A stretch of 64,000 nucleotides of DNA, taken from assembly GCA_038252165.1 (NCBI GenBank), contig JBBSAP010000001.1:129530-193529 (forward strand), in the 5' to 3' direction. Position numbers and translations under genes: made by a program. Origin of the DNA: Bacteroidales bacterium. GTDB taxonomy: Bacteria > Bacteroidota > Bacteroidia > Bacteroidales > VadinHA17. The notes beneath the pieces are model-generated. The model was not told the origin of the DNA. It worked only from the letters and a program-made list of their open reading frames with translations, and did no database searches. The number at the start of each line of letters is the position of its first letter. The first letter of the stretch is position 1. This document shows positions 55,244 through 63,979 of the stretch, piece after piece.

Positions 55244-57590
55244 ATCTCAATGCTTCGACCGGATTCCTTGTTGCCGCTCTCCAGCTCTGCCAGCTGACTG
55301 TCAGCAGTGCTATTCCCAGCGCTAATACTCCGGCAAGGGCGAATATCCACCAGCTCAAATTGGTTTTGTATGCAAAATCTTCGAGCCATTTATGCATGGC
55401 AAACCACGAGACGGGTACCGCAATTATGAAAGCAATTGCCACCCATTTCACGAAGTCCTTATTAAGCATTGTCATCACCTCCGTAACTTTGGCACCGTTC
55501 ACTTTTCTAATTCCAATTTCTTTTACTCGGCGCTTACATGCGGATAGCGACATTGCTAAAATCCCTATGCAACAGATAACAATGGCACACACGGAAAACA
55601 AGGAAAAAATCCGGCGGAACATGATTTCCGATTGATACATTTTTTCAACTGCCTGTTCAAAAAATACCAGTTCAACCGGGAAAGAAGGAGAAAGCTCTGC
55701 TGCTGCTTCTTTTAGTTTGTGAATCGTACTATTCAACGATTTGAAATCAGCAGTCTGAAGGTTAACCAGACAATATGAAGAATAGGAATCATTTCTTATG
55801 ACCAGAGGTGTAATTGGCTGCGTGATAGATTTGAAATGGAAATCTTTTATCACTCCAATAATTTCATAATAGCGGTCTGTTCCCATGGATATTTTTCCCC
55901 CAAGAGGATTTGATACTCTATGTTCGCGGAGGAAGGCTTCATTTACAACGATTTTCCCCTTATCTGAGGAAAGATCTTTGGAATAAAAACGTCCCATGGA
56001 TAATTGGAGCCCCATCAATTCAAAAAAACCGGCATCAGCGCTGAATGTATCAAAATCCACCTGTTTCTTCTCCCCATCTATGTCGATTTGTGCACCCCAT
56101 TGTGAAATAATTTTACCAGGATAATATTGCGTGAACGAAATTCTTGTTACATAGGGTTCTTCAAGCAGGATTTTGTTAAATACATCTTTATTTGCGCTTA
56201 GTTGCGGTGTAAGCTTTATCCCGATAATATTATCCTGGTTAAAACCTAGATCACTAATTCCGAATTTAACCTGTTTTTGTATTAATATCGTAAAAGCAAT
56301 CAATACTATGGCAATTGCAAACTGAGCGGTGACCAGTAAGCTCCTGAAAAAACTATTCCCGGAGTGAGGTACCACGGTTTTTTTCATATTATAAATTGCT
56401 CCCGAGGAAGAAATACGCAAAGCAGGAAGAATACTGAAAGATACACTTAAGAGAAAAGTCCCGATAACCGATATGAAAATGAACGCTGGAGTTAGTATTA
56501 TACCAGTGTTAAAATGTAATCCGGTATAATTCCAGATAGCTGGATAGACAGCTAAGACCAGAAATATGCCGATTATAAGTGCTGTTATAAACAGAAGAAA
56601 TGATTCGAAAAGTAGATTCAGGAAAATTGTATAACGATTTGCCCCTAAAACCTTCATCACTCCGATCTGCCTGATTTTCTCAATCCACTGTGTCAACGAT
56701 ATATTTATGAAATTAACCAGGGCAATTAAAAGAACCAGCGATGCCACTAAAAGCAGAATTATGACTTTTGTTTTGTCACCGAACCGCAGATAATTGCTGC
56801 CAAAAAGGGTGAATTCAGAAAAGTATATCTTTTTCAAAGGTGTCAGACCAGCTTCTTCATAATATTTCTGGTATTCTTCCGGAAAAAGTTTAAAAATGCT
56901 TTCTGCTGTTTCGTTCGGAACAATTCCCTTTCTTAACAATAGAAAGGTCTGGAAATTACTCTCACCCCAGTCTGCAAATTCCTCACCTCCGGGTTGAACT
57001 ATTTTCCGGGTAGCCATTGAAGTAAGAGCGCTGAATGAAAGGCATGAGCTGGTTTCCTGCTCCTCAATAACCGCTGACACTGTGAGATCATTGTTATTAT
57101 TCATTTTCAATGTTTTACCAACAGCCTGTCCCTTCCCGAACAATTTAGCTGCCAGCGGCCTGGTAATAACTACCCTCATTGGTTCTTTCAGGGCGGTCTC
57201 AGGATCCCCTTCAACAGATTTATAAGTAAAAAGTCTGAAAAAATTTTCATCAGCAAATATCAGATCAGATGTAAAAGGTTCTTTGTCTTCAACCTGGAAA
57301 ACCGGAGCTTCCCAGGATACGCCTATCCTGACTGACGATTCCACACCGGGGATGTGCATGTCTATCTGCTCTTTCAGTATTCCGGGGGTGTAGATATGAT
57401 CACTTTTATCTCCATAAAGATAAATCCTGTCTCCTTTTACCTGAAAGTGATCGACAGAAAGCTCACTGTAACAATAAACGGATAGAATTATAACCATTGC
57501 CAGACTTACTGCCAGTCCCGATAAATTAATAAGATTTGTGACAGGATTGCGGAGGAAATTCCGGACAGTCCATTTGAAGATATTTTTCAT
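55236..57590 (-). CDS. ABC transporter permease, double FtsX / MacB-like (permease 1 of the operon)
   Basis: 784 aa with the same architecture as 49793-52189. C-terminus NPVEALRYE. Confidence 0.88.
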   Translation of the reverse strand: MKNIFKWTVRNFLRNPVTNLINLSGLAVSLAMVIILSVYCYSELSVDHFQVKGDRIYLYGDKSDHIYTPGILKEQIDMHIPGVESSVRIGVSWEAPVFQVEDKEPFTSDLIFADENFFRLFTYKSVEGDPETALKEPMRVVITRPLAAKLFGKGQAVGKTLKMNNNNDLTVSAVIEEQETSSCLSFSALTSMATRKIVQPGGEEFADWGESNFQTFLLLRKGIVPNETAESIFKLFPEEYQKYYEEAGLTPLKKIYFSEFTLFGSNYLRFGDKTKVIILLLVASLVLLIALVNFINISLTQWIEKIRQIGVMKVLGANRYTIFLNLLFESFLLFITALIIGIFLVLAVYPAIWNYTGLHFNTGIILTPAFIFISVIGTFLLSVSFSILPALRISSSGAIYNMKKTVVPHSGNSFFRSLLVTAQFAIAIVLIAFTILIQKQVKFGISDLGFNQDNIIGIKLTPQLSANKDVFNKILLEEPYVTRISFTQYYPGKIISQWGAQIDIDGEKKQVDFDTFSADAGFFELMGLQLSMGRFYSKDLSSDKGKIVVNEAFLREHRVSNPLGGKISMGTDRYYEIIGVIKDFHFKSITQPITPLVIRNDSYSSYCLVNLQTADFKSLNSTIHKLKEAAAELSPSFPVELVFFEQAVEKMYQSEIMFRRIFSLFSVCAIVICCIGILAMSLSACKRRVKEIGIRKVNGAKVTEVMTMLNKDFVKWVAIAFIIAVPVSWFAMHKWLEDFAYKTNLSWWIFALAGVLALGIALLTVSWQSWRAATRNPVEALRYE

Positions 57591-57616
57591 ATCTGATATC
57601 CCCGGAAGGATTTTTT

Positions 57617-58309
57617 TTAATTAATTGCTTCAATTACATGCATGTTCTCCGTTATTATCTGTCCATCAAACAGATTTATAACCCTGTGGGCAAATGCAGC
57701 ATTTTCAAGTGAGTGAGTCACCATTACTATAGTGGTTCCGGCCTTGTTAAGATCAGTAAGCAGGTTCATAACTTCGAGGCCGTTTTTTGAGTCAAGATTC
57801 CCTGTCGGTTCATCAGCCAGTATAAGCTTTGGATTAGTCACCACTGCCCTGCTGATAGCAACCCGCTGCTGCTGTCCGCCTGATAACTGCTGGGGAAAAT
57901 GATTTTTGCGATGACCCATCTTCATCGATTCCATAATCTGCTGGACCTTCTCCCTGCGCTCACGTGGTTTAAGCTTAAGGTAAATCAACGGAAGTTCAAT
58001 GTTCTCAAATACGGTAAGTTCATCAATAAGGTTGAAGCTTTGAAAGACAAATCCGATGTTGCCTTTTCTGAGCAGGGTCCGGTTACGTTCCGACAGTTTA
58101 CCGGCCTCTTTCCCGTCAAAATAATATTCACCATCAGTTGGATTATCCAATAATCCGATGATATTCAGAAGTGTCGATTTTCCGCAGCCCGATGGACCCA
58201 TTATTGCGACAAACTCGCCTGGTTTGATTTCAAGGGTTACCTTGTTGAGTGCAGTTGTTTCTATCTCTTCGGTACGGAAGATTTTAGTCAGGTTGATTGT
58301 TTTGATCAT
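57617..58309 (-). CDS. ABC transporter ATP-binding protein (MacB/LolD family)
   Basis: 230 aa. Walker A GPSGCGKST, signature LSGGQQQRV, Walker B ILADEPT. Confidence 0.93.
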   Translation of the reverse strand: MIKTINLTKIFRTEEIETTALNKVTLEIKPGEFVAIMGPSGCGKSTLLNIIGLLDNPTDGEYYFDGKEAGKLSERNRTLLRKGNIGFVFQSFNLIDELTVFENIELPLIYLKLKPRERREKVQQIMESMKMGHRKNHFPQQLSGGQQQRVAISRAVVTNPKLILADEPTGNLDSKNGLEVMNLLTDLNKAGTTIVMVTHSLENAAFAHRVINLFDGQIITENMHVIEAIN

Positions 58310-58360
58310 AATTGAACATATTTAATTGTTTTGTTTTACTACTTCTTGCCACATTTTTAA

Positions 58361-58410
58361 TACCCCCACTTTAAATTTTCCCCCATGGGGGAGAATTTAA
58401 AGTGGGGGTA
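58361..58410. repeat. 50-bp near-perfect palindrome (C5/G5 hairpin family, copy H) inside the efflux operon
   Basis: TACCCCCACTTTAAATTTTCCCCCA | TGGGGGAGAATTTAAAGTGGGGGTA. The 25-nt arms have a single T/G (wobble) mismatch. It lies in the 104-nt gap between the adaptor stop and the ATPase start. Confidence 0.9.
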
Positions 58411-58413
58411 GGC

Positions 58414-59682
58414 TCATTTGAAAACTATTCTGTCTGCATTTCCGAACAGCTCATACCCTGATATAATTACCTTTTCGCCGGCTATCAGTCCGTCCGTAAT
58501 TTCATAATACTGCGGATTTTGTTTCCCGATTTTTATCTGACGTTTAACGGCTTCAGTTTCATTATCATTAAGTACAAAGATCCATTGTCCCCCTGTGCTC
58601 TGGAAGAAACCTCCTCTGGAGATCATAACGGCTCTTCCCGATTCGCCCAATTCAAGCCTTAGCTGGTATGTCTGTCCGGCTCTCATATTATCCGGGCGGC
58701 TGCCGTCAAAAACCATATCCACCTCAAACTGTGCTTCACGTACTTCAGGGAATACTTTCCTGATCATCAATTTATACTGATTCCCGCCCCTGTCAAAACT
58801 GGCGTATAATCCTCTTTCAACTCTGTCGATATAATGTTCGTCAATTTTGGTCTTAACCTTGAAATCAGACAGAACATTAATCTGCCCGATACGCTGGCCG
58901 CTGTTTATCGACTGACCGATCTCCACATCAAGCATGCCGAGCTGACCATCTACAGGAGCCTTTACTTCAAGATCATCCAGCCGGCCTCTGACAAGGCGGT
59001 ACATTTCTCTCATCTTTAACAGATCGCTTTCAAGAGAAACCATTGATGTAATTCTCAGCAAGGAATCGTTCTTTGCTTTTACCCTGTTCAGATCCTCGAG
59101 CTTGATCTCATATTCGTAATCCTCTTTTGACTGGATATAGTCCTCCTGTGATATATACCTCTGTTTGTAAAGTGTCTCGTTCTGAGAATATGTCCGTGCT
59201 TTTCGTGTCAGCTTATACTGGTTCTCGAGGATGTTTTTTCTCGATTCTATCTGCTCGGCTTCAAAAGTGACCCGGGTGTTGCGCAGATAATTTTCCTTTT
59301 CAGCAAGTGAAGCTTCACTTGTGAGGATGGTCTGATAAAGCTGGCGGTTTTCGAGCTTCAGTATAATGTCACCTTTTTTTACCAGCGATCCCTCTTCGAT
59401 CAGACGTTCTGTTACCCTTCCTCCCTCAGCAGCATCAAGATATATTGTGGCAATAGGTTCAAGCTGGCCGGTCACCGATATATAGTCGCTGAACATCCCG
59501 GTCTCTACAGTATTTATTGTTATTCTGTCTTTCTCAACTCTGAAGGCAGAACTATGGTCTCCGGTAATCAGCTTCCAGATCAGGAATAAAATGATCAATC
59601 CGCCGGCTCCCCAGAGTATATGTTTTTTCTGAAGACCTTTTTTCCGTTCAATAACTTTGTCCATTCCCATAAAAGCATTCAT
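58414..59682 (-). CDS. HlyD/MacA-family periplasmic adaptor (membrane fusion protein)
   Basis: 422 aa. N-terminal TM (ILWGAGGLIILFLIW), a long coiled-coil hairpin region, and C-terminal beta-barrel/lipoyl-like segments. It is the first gene of the operon. Confidence 0.85.
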   Translation of the reverse strand: MNAFMGMDKVIERKKGLQKKHILWGAGGLIILFLIWKLITGDHSSAFRVEKDRITINTVETGMFSDYISVTGQLEPIATIYLDAAEGGRVTERLIEEGSLVKKGDIILKLENRQLYQTILTSEASLAEKENYLRNTRVTFEAEQIESRKNILENQYKLTRKARTYSQNETLYKQRYISQEDYIQSKEDYEYEIKLEDLNRVKAKNDSLLRITSMVSLESDLLKMREMYRLVRGRLDDLEVKAPVDGQLGMLDVEIGQSINSGQRIGQINVLSDFKVKTKIDEHYIDRVERGLYASFDRGGNQYKLMIRKVFPEVREAQFEVDMVFDGSRPDNMRAGQTYQLRLELGESGRAVMISRGGFFQSTGGQWIFVLNDNETEAVKRQIKIGKQNPQYYEITDGLIAGEKVIISGYELFGNADRIVFK

Positions 59683-59695
59683 TTTTTTTCTTAAG

Positions 59696-59712
59696 TACGA
59701 GAATTATGCCAA
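59696..59712 (-). promoter_or_regulatory. weak sigma-54-like -24/-12 candidate upstream of the efflux operon
   Basis: The minus strand reads TTGGCATAATTCTCGTA. The -24 element TGGCAT is good; the -12 element is TCGT instead of TTGC. It lies 13-30 nt upstream of ATG 59682. Context support: a sigma-54-dependent activator is encoded divergently. Confidence 0.25.
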
Positions 59713-59713
59713 T

Positions 59714-59756
59714 ATTGTATGTTGTTGATATACAGAATTGTATCAAATGATACAAT
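59714..59756. promoter_or_regulatory. inverted-repeat pair, candidate activator (UAS) site
   Basis: Perfect ATTGTATC-AAAT-GATACAAT (59737-59756), preceded by the imperfect ATTGTAT-N6-GATATACA (59714-59734). The centres are about 22 bp apart. Confidence 0.4.
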
Positions 59757-59837
59757 TTCAACCAAGTAAATTTTATTTACGGATCTGTAAAAATATTTGA
59801 CAGATTGTTGACTATTTGTTATTTTGGATTTAATTTT

Positions 59838-59927
59838 ATGGACTAAAGTCCATTGAAATATGATATCCTTAAACCCCAGCCTTCAGGCTGGGGTTAATGG
59901 AGTAGTAATTATCAGGGCTTTAGCCCT
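59838..59927 (+). other. three consecutive short perfect hairpins in the leader of the response-regulator gene
   Basis: ATGGAC-TAAA-GTCCAT (59838-59853), AACCCCAGCC-TTCA-GGCTGGGGTT (59872-59895) and AGGGC-TTTA-GCCCT (59914-59927). The last ends 13 nt before ATG 59940. Confidence 0.7.
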
Positions 59928-59939
59928 TAATATGTTAAT

Positions 59940-61310
59940 ATGCAATCATCCAAAGGAAATATACTGGTTGTCGACGATAACAAGAGCATATTAAGCGCTC
60001 TTGAGATGCTGCTTTCACCGGAATTCAGAGAGGTGGTTCTCCTTTCAAATCCCGGACAGATCCCTTCTGAGTTAAGGAAAAAGGATTACAACCTTGTTAT
60101 CCTTGACATGAATTTCAGTGCCGGTATCAATACCGGTAACGAAGGGATCTACTGGCTCGAGAGGATCAGGGAAACAAACCCCGAGATATCAGTGGTGATG
60201 ATCACTGCTTACGGGGATATCGGAACAGCAGTAAAGGCTCTTAAAGCAGGTGCATCCGATTTTGTTCTTAAACCCTGGGAAAACGATAAACTGATCGCAA
60301 CCCTTAAGCTGGCGATTCAGCTTAGTTTTTCGAAAAAGGAAGTCAGTCATCTGAGAGAGAGAGAGACTGAGCTAAAGAAGGCATTGAACCGGGAACAGAA
60401 GAATATTGTTGGTTCTTCTCCCGGATTAATGAATGTAATGAAAATGGTCAGGAAAGTTGCCGGGACTGAAGCAAATGTACTGATAACAGGAGAGAACGGG
60501 ACAGGAAAGGAGCTGATAGCCCAGGAAATTCACAGATTGTCTGACCGGTCTGAAGAGGTTATGGTTAGTGTGGACATGGGCTCATTAAGTGAAACTCTTT
60601 TTGAAAGTGAGCTCTTTGGTCATGTAAGGGGTGCTTTTACTGATGCACTCGAAAGCAGACCAGGTAAATTTGAAACAGCTGAAAAAGGCACCCTCTTCCT
60701 TGATGAAATTAGCAATTTATCGTATCATCTGCAGGGAAAAATCCTTGCAGCTATTGAAAACCGCCATATCACAAGGATAGGATCAAATAAGCCGGTTCCG
60801 GTCAACATACGCCTTATATGTGCAACCAACAGGAACCTGGAACTTATGGTTCAGGAAGGACTCTTCAGGGAAGATCTTCTTTACCGCATCAATACTATCC
60901 AGATTGAGGTTCCTCCACTGAGAGAGCGTGGGAATGACATTATCTTGCTTACTGATTTCTTTCTCAGCAAATTTGTCTCAAGGTATAACAAACCCGGACT
61001 GAAGATAAACCAGCAGGCTCATGAAAAGCTTCTAAAATACCGATGGCCCGGAAATATCAGGGAGCTGCAGCATACAATTGAAAAGGCTGTTATCTTATCT
61101 GAATCGGGAATTTTAAAACCGGAAGACTTTTATCTTAGAAGTTCTGACAGGCCAAAGACAGACGGAACTGCTGCAACTCTGGAAGAGGCTGAATACAGAT
61201 TAATACAGGAAGCCCTTGAAAGGAATGGTGGCAACTACAGTGCTGCAGCTGATCAGCTTGGAATAACAAGACAGACCCTGTATAACAAGCTTAAAAAATC
61301 GACTAAATGA
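59940..61310 (+). CDS. sigma-54-dependent response regulator (NtrC/AtoC family)
   Basis: 456 aa. REC domain (VVDDNKSIL...VILDMNF), AAA+ domain (GENGTGKE, ESELFGH, GAFTDA variant of GAFTGA) and a C-terminal Fis-type HTH (AAADQLGITRQTLYNKLKK). Confidence 0.92.
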   Translation: MQSSKGNILVVDDNKSILSALEMLLSPEFREVVLLSNPGQIPSELRKKDYNLVILDMNFSAGINTGNEGIYWLERIRETNPEISVVMITAYGDIGTAVKALKAGASDFVLKPWENDKLIATLKLAIQLSFSKKEVSHLRERETELKKALNREQKNIVGSSPGLMNVMKMVRKVAGTEANVLITGENGTGKELIAQEIHRLSDRSEEVMVSVDMGSLSETLFESELFGHVRGAFTDALESRPGKFETAEKGTLFLDEISNLSYHLQGKILAAIENRHITRIGSNKPVPVNIRLICATNRNLELMVQEGLFREDLLYRINTIQIEVPPLRERGNDIILLTDFFLSKFVSRYNKPGLKINQQAHEKLLKYRWPGNIRELQHTIEKAVILSESGILKPEDFYLRSSDRPKTDGTAATLEEAEYRLIQEALERNGGNYSAAADQLGITRQTLYNKLKKSTK

Positions 61311-62659
61311 TAAGAAGAAACCTATACCTTAACATAGTTTTCAGGATTGTGCTCATTACCGGGCTCTCTGTCATTGCAGGTTTCTTCCTTGCCCGGGGCA
61401 AAACTTATCTTGCCGTTATCATGTGTCTGTCTCTTGTTGTTTTGCTTGTTTTCAATCTGATATATTATCTTAATTCGGTGAACAGAACAATTCGTTTCTT
61501 CTTTGATGCAATCAGGAACGATGATTCAACCCTGTCCTTTCCAGCCGATGCAAGCAACAAAGGAATGCATCAGCTGTACCAGAGCATGACAAGGGTTAAC
61601 GAGCAGATCAGGCAGCTGAAGATCGAGAACCGGCAGCAGGAGCAGTATTTCAGAACTCTGATTGAACACCTTGCCACAGGGATAATCACGTACAACAGAA
61701 AAGGATTTATATTGCATGCCAACACAGCTGTAAAAAAGCTCCTATCGGTAAATGTCCTGACTCACCTCCACCAGATTGAGCGGATCGATAAGAAGCTATT
61801 TCAGACAATTTCCGGTATAAAACCATTCGAAAACAGCTTGGTCGCGTTTTCAGCAGAACGAGGTGATACCCGCCTTTCGCTTAAAGCCACCTCCCTTAAA
61901 ACTGACGAAGAGGAGCTTACCATCCTGTCAATTCAGGATATTAAGAGTGAGCTTGATGAAAAGGAGATTGATTCGTGGCTAAAGCTGATAAGGGTCCTGA
62001 TGCATGAAATAATGAATTCAATAACACCTATAACATCATTGTCCGAAAGTCTTTCAAAGGTTTTAAGCAAAGACGGGAATCCTGTTTTACCTGATGAGGT
62101 GGATGAGAAAACAATTTCTAAAACACTGCAGGGTTTAAAAGTTATCAGAGAACAGGGTAAGGGCCTGATGACGTTTGTTGAATCGTACCGAAAGCTGACG
62201 CGAGTGCCGGAGCCTGACAAAAAATTGTTCAGGGTATCAGATTTTATGAAGCGGATACAGATTCTTTTCAAATCGCTTGAACAAAAGGAGGGGATCAAAC
62301 TGACTGTTATGCTAAAAGATCCTGATCTTGAAATATTTGCTGACGAGAACATGGTTTCCCAGGTTCTGATAAATCTTCTTAAGAATTCCCTTGAGGCAAA
62401 CGAGACAAATCCTTATGCAGAGATAAAAATAAGGTTCGGAACCGGCCCTGACAATCATCCTGAGATATGTGTAATTGATAACGGCCCGGGAATTCCTGAA
62501 GAAAATCTTGATGAGATATTTGTCCCGTTTTTCACAACACGTACCAATGGGTCTGGCATCGGTTTGAGCATTTCAAAACAGATAATGAGGGTTCATGGCG
62601 GGACACTGAAAGTCAGATCAGTACCTGGAAAAGAGACTCTGTTCTGTCTCTCCTTTTAA
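61307..62659 (+). CDS. sensor histidine kinase (NtrB/AtoS-like)
   Basis: 450 aa. Two N-terminal TM segments, a PAS-like region, H-box LMHEIMNSITPI, N-box LLKNSLEA, G1 DNGPGI and G2 GSGIGL. ATGA overlap with the regulator gene. Confidence 0.9.
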   Translation: MIRRNLYLNIVFRIVLITGLSVIAGFFLARGKTYLAVIMCLSLVVLLVFNLIYYLNSVNRTIRFFFDAIRNDDSTLSFPADASNKGMHQLYQSMTRVNEQIRQLKIENRQQEQYFRTLIEHLATGIITYNRKGFILHANTAVKKLLSVNVLTHLHQIERIDKKLFQTISGIKPFENSLVAFSAERGDTRLSLKATSLKTDEEELTILSIQDIKSELDEKEIDSWLKLIRVLMHEIMNSITPITSLSESLSKVLSKDGNPVLPDEVDEKTISKTLQGLKVIREQGKGLMTFVESYRKLTRVPEPDKKLFRVSDFMKRIQILFKSLEQKEGIKLTVMLKDPDLEIFADENMVSQVLINLLKNSLEANETNPYAEIKIRFGTGPDNHPEICVIDNGPGIPEENLDEIFVPFFTTRTNGSGIGLSISKQIMRVHGGTLKVRSVPGKETLFCLSF

Positions 62660-63900
62660 TCGTATTTAATTGCCTTTACCGGAGTGATCCTGGTGATAAG
62701 CTGTGAGGGGACAAGCAGCATCAGGATAATGACTGACATTGTTCCTATATTGAGAAGCAGTATGTGGGGAAATTCAAGGTTTACAGGTACGGTCTTAATG
62801 TAGTATGATGTCGGATCGAGCGAGATCAATCCTGTTTTAAGCTGAATAAGAGCTAGCCCTATACCGATAATATTTCCCCAGAACAATCCTTTGGCAATGA
62901 GATATGCAGCCTGGTAGAGGAATATCTTTCTTATAGTTTTATTTTCCGATCCGAGGGCTTTAAAGATTCCGATCATATTGGTTTTTTCAAGTATCAGGAT
63001 CAGGAGTCCTGAAATCATATTGAACCCGGCAACAAGAAGCATCAATGTGATAATTATAAAGACATTCATGTCCTGGAAATTAAGCCAGTCGAAAATCTGC
63101 GGGTATCTTGTCCTGATGTTTGTAACCTTGTATTTTGTTTCATTTTCGAGAATCCTGTATCCAACTTTATCCCTCACAGCCATTGTCATCTCATCGAGCT
63201 TATCGAAATCATCGATGAAGATCTCAAATCCGCTTACCTGGTCGTCAGTCCAGCCGTTAAGCCGTTTTATATGGCCAAGGTCACAAAAAACATACATCTT
63301 GTCGAACTCCTCAAGGCTTGTTTCATAGATACCGCTTATTATGAATTTACGGCTTCTCGGCGGATCCTGTACAAAATACATCGCGAATGAATCGCCTGTT
63401 TTCAGCCTGAGCATATCCGATATCTTTTTTGATATTATCACTTCATTGGTACGTCCGGTATCGCTTACCGTAAAAACTGAACCATCCACAATATTGCTTT
63501 CGAAGAATTTCCAGTCGAAATCGCTCCCAACTCCCTTCAGCACCACACCCTGAATTGCTTCTGCTGTTTTAATTATCCCGGCTTTTGTCGCAAATACCTG
63601 GATATGACTGATCCCCTTCATCTCTCTTATTTTGGGGATAAACGATTGTGTGTCGCTGATCGGAACTGTTTCAAGTGACAGGTTTGAGTCAAAATTCAGG
63701 ATCTGGATATTTGATCCGAATCCAACGATCTTTTCTCTTATCTGCTGCTTGAATCCTGTTAGTATTGCCACGGCCAGTATCATTACTGCCAGGCCAAGTG
63801 CAATGCCGGTTATTGCAATTACATTTATCGGACGCGAGAAAGAAGTTTCTTCGCGGCGGCCTTTTATGAGACGATGTGCTATGAAATAAGGTAAATTCAT
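62656..63900 (-). CDS. LolC/LolE-family FtsX permease (lipoprotein-releasing system-like)
   Basis: 414 aa. N-terminal MNLPYFIAHRLIKG, one periplasmic domain and one FtsX block. Confidence 0.75.
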   Translation of the reverse strand: MNLPYFIAHRLIKGRREETSFSRPINVIAITGIALGLAVMILAVAILTGFKQQIREKIVGFGSNIQILNFDSNLSLETVPISDTQSFIPKIREMKGISHIQVFATKAGIIKTAEAIQGVVLKGVGSDFDWKFFESNIVDGSVFTVSDTGRTNEVIISKKISDMLRLKTGDSFAMYFVQDPPRSRKFIISGIYETSLEEFDKMYVFCDLGHIKRLNGWTDDQVSGFEIFIDDFDKLDEMTMAVRDKVGYRILENETKYKVTNIRTRYPQIFDWLNFQDMNVFIIITLMLLVAGFNMISGLLILILEKTNMIGIFKALGSENKTIRKIFLYQAAYLIAKGLFWGNIIGIGLALIQLKTGLISLDPTSYYIKTVPVNLEFPHILLLNIGTMSVIILMLLVPSQLITRITPVKAIKYD

Positions 63901-63916
63901 TTAATAGGCAATCTGT

Positions 63917-63924
63917 CAAAATTA
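63917..63924 (-). promoter_or_regulatory. candidate -7 box for the lolE-like gene
   Basis: The minus strand reads TAATTTTG (TAnnTTTG), 17 nt upstream of ATG 63900. Confidence 0.35.
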
Positions 63925-63939
63925 GTAAAAACTCTGTGT

Positions 63940-63979
63940 AAAAAAAAGCCAAAGCTGGCGCCGATTTGGAATCGGGGCC
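63940..63979 (-). terminator. probable terminator of a minus-strand gene lying beyond the right edge
   Basis: GGCGCCGATT-TGG-AATCGGGGCC, a 10-bp stem with one mismatch (63957-63979). On the minus strand it is followed by a short GCCA/TGGC hairpin and a T8 run (63940-63947). Confidence 0.4.
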
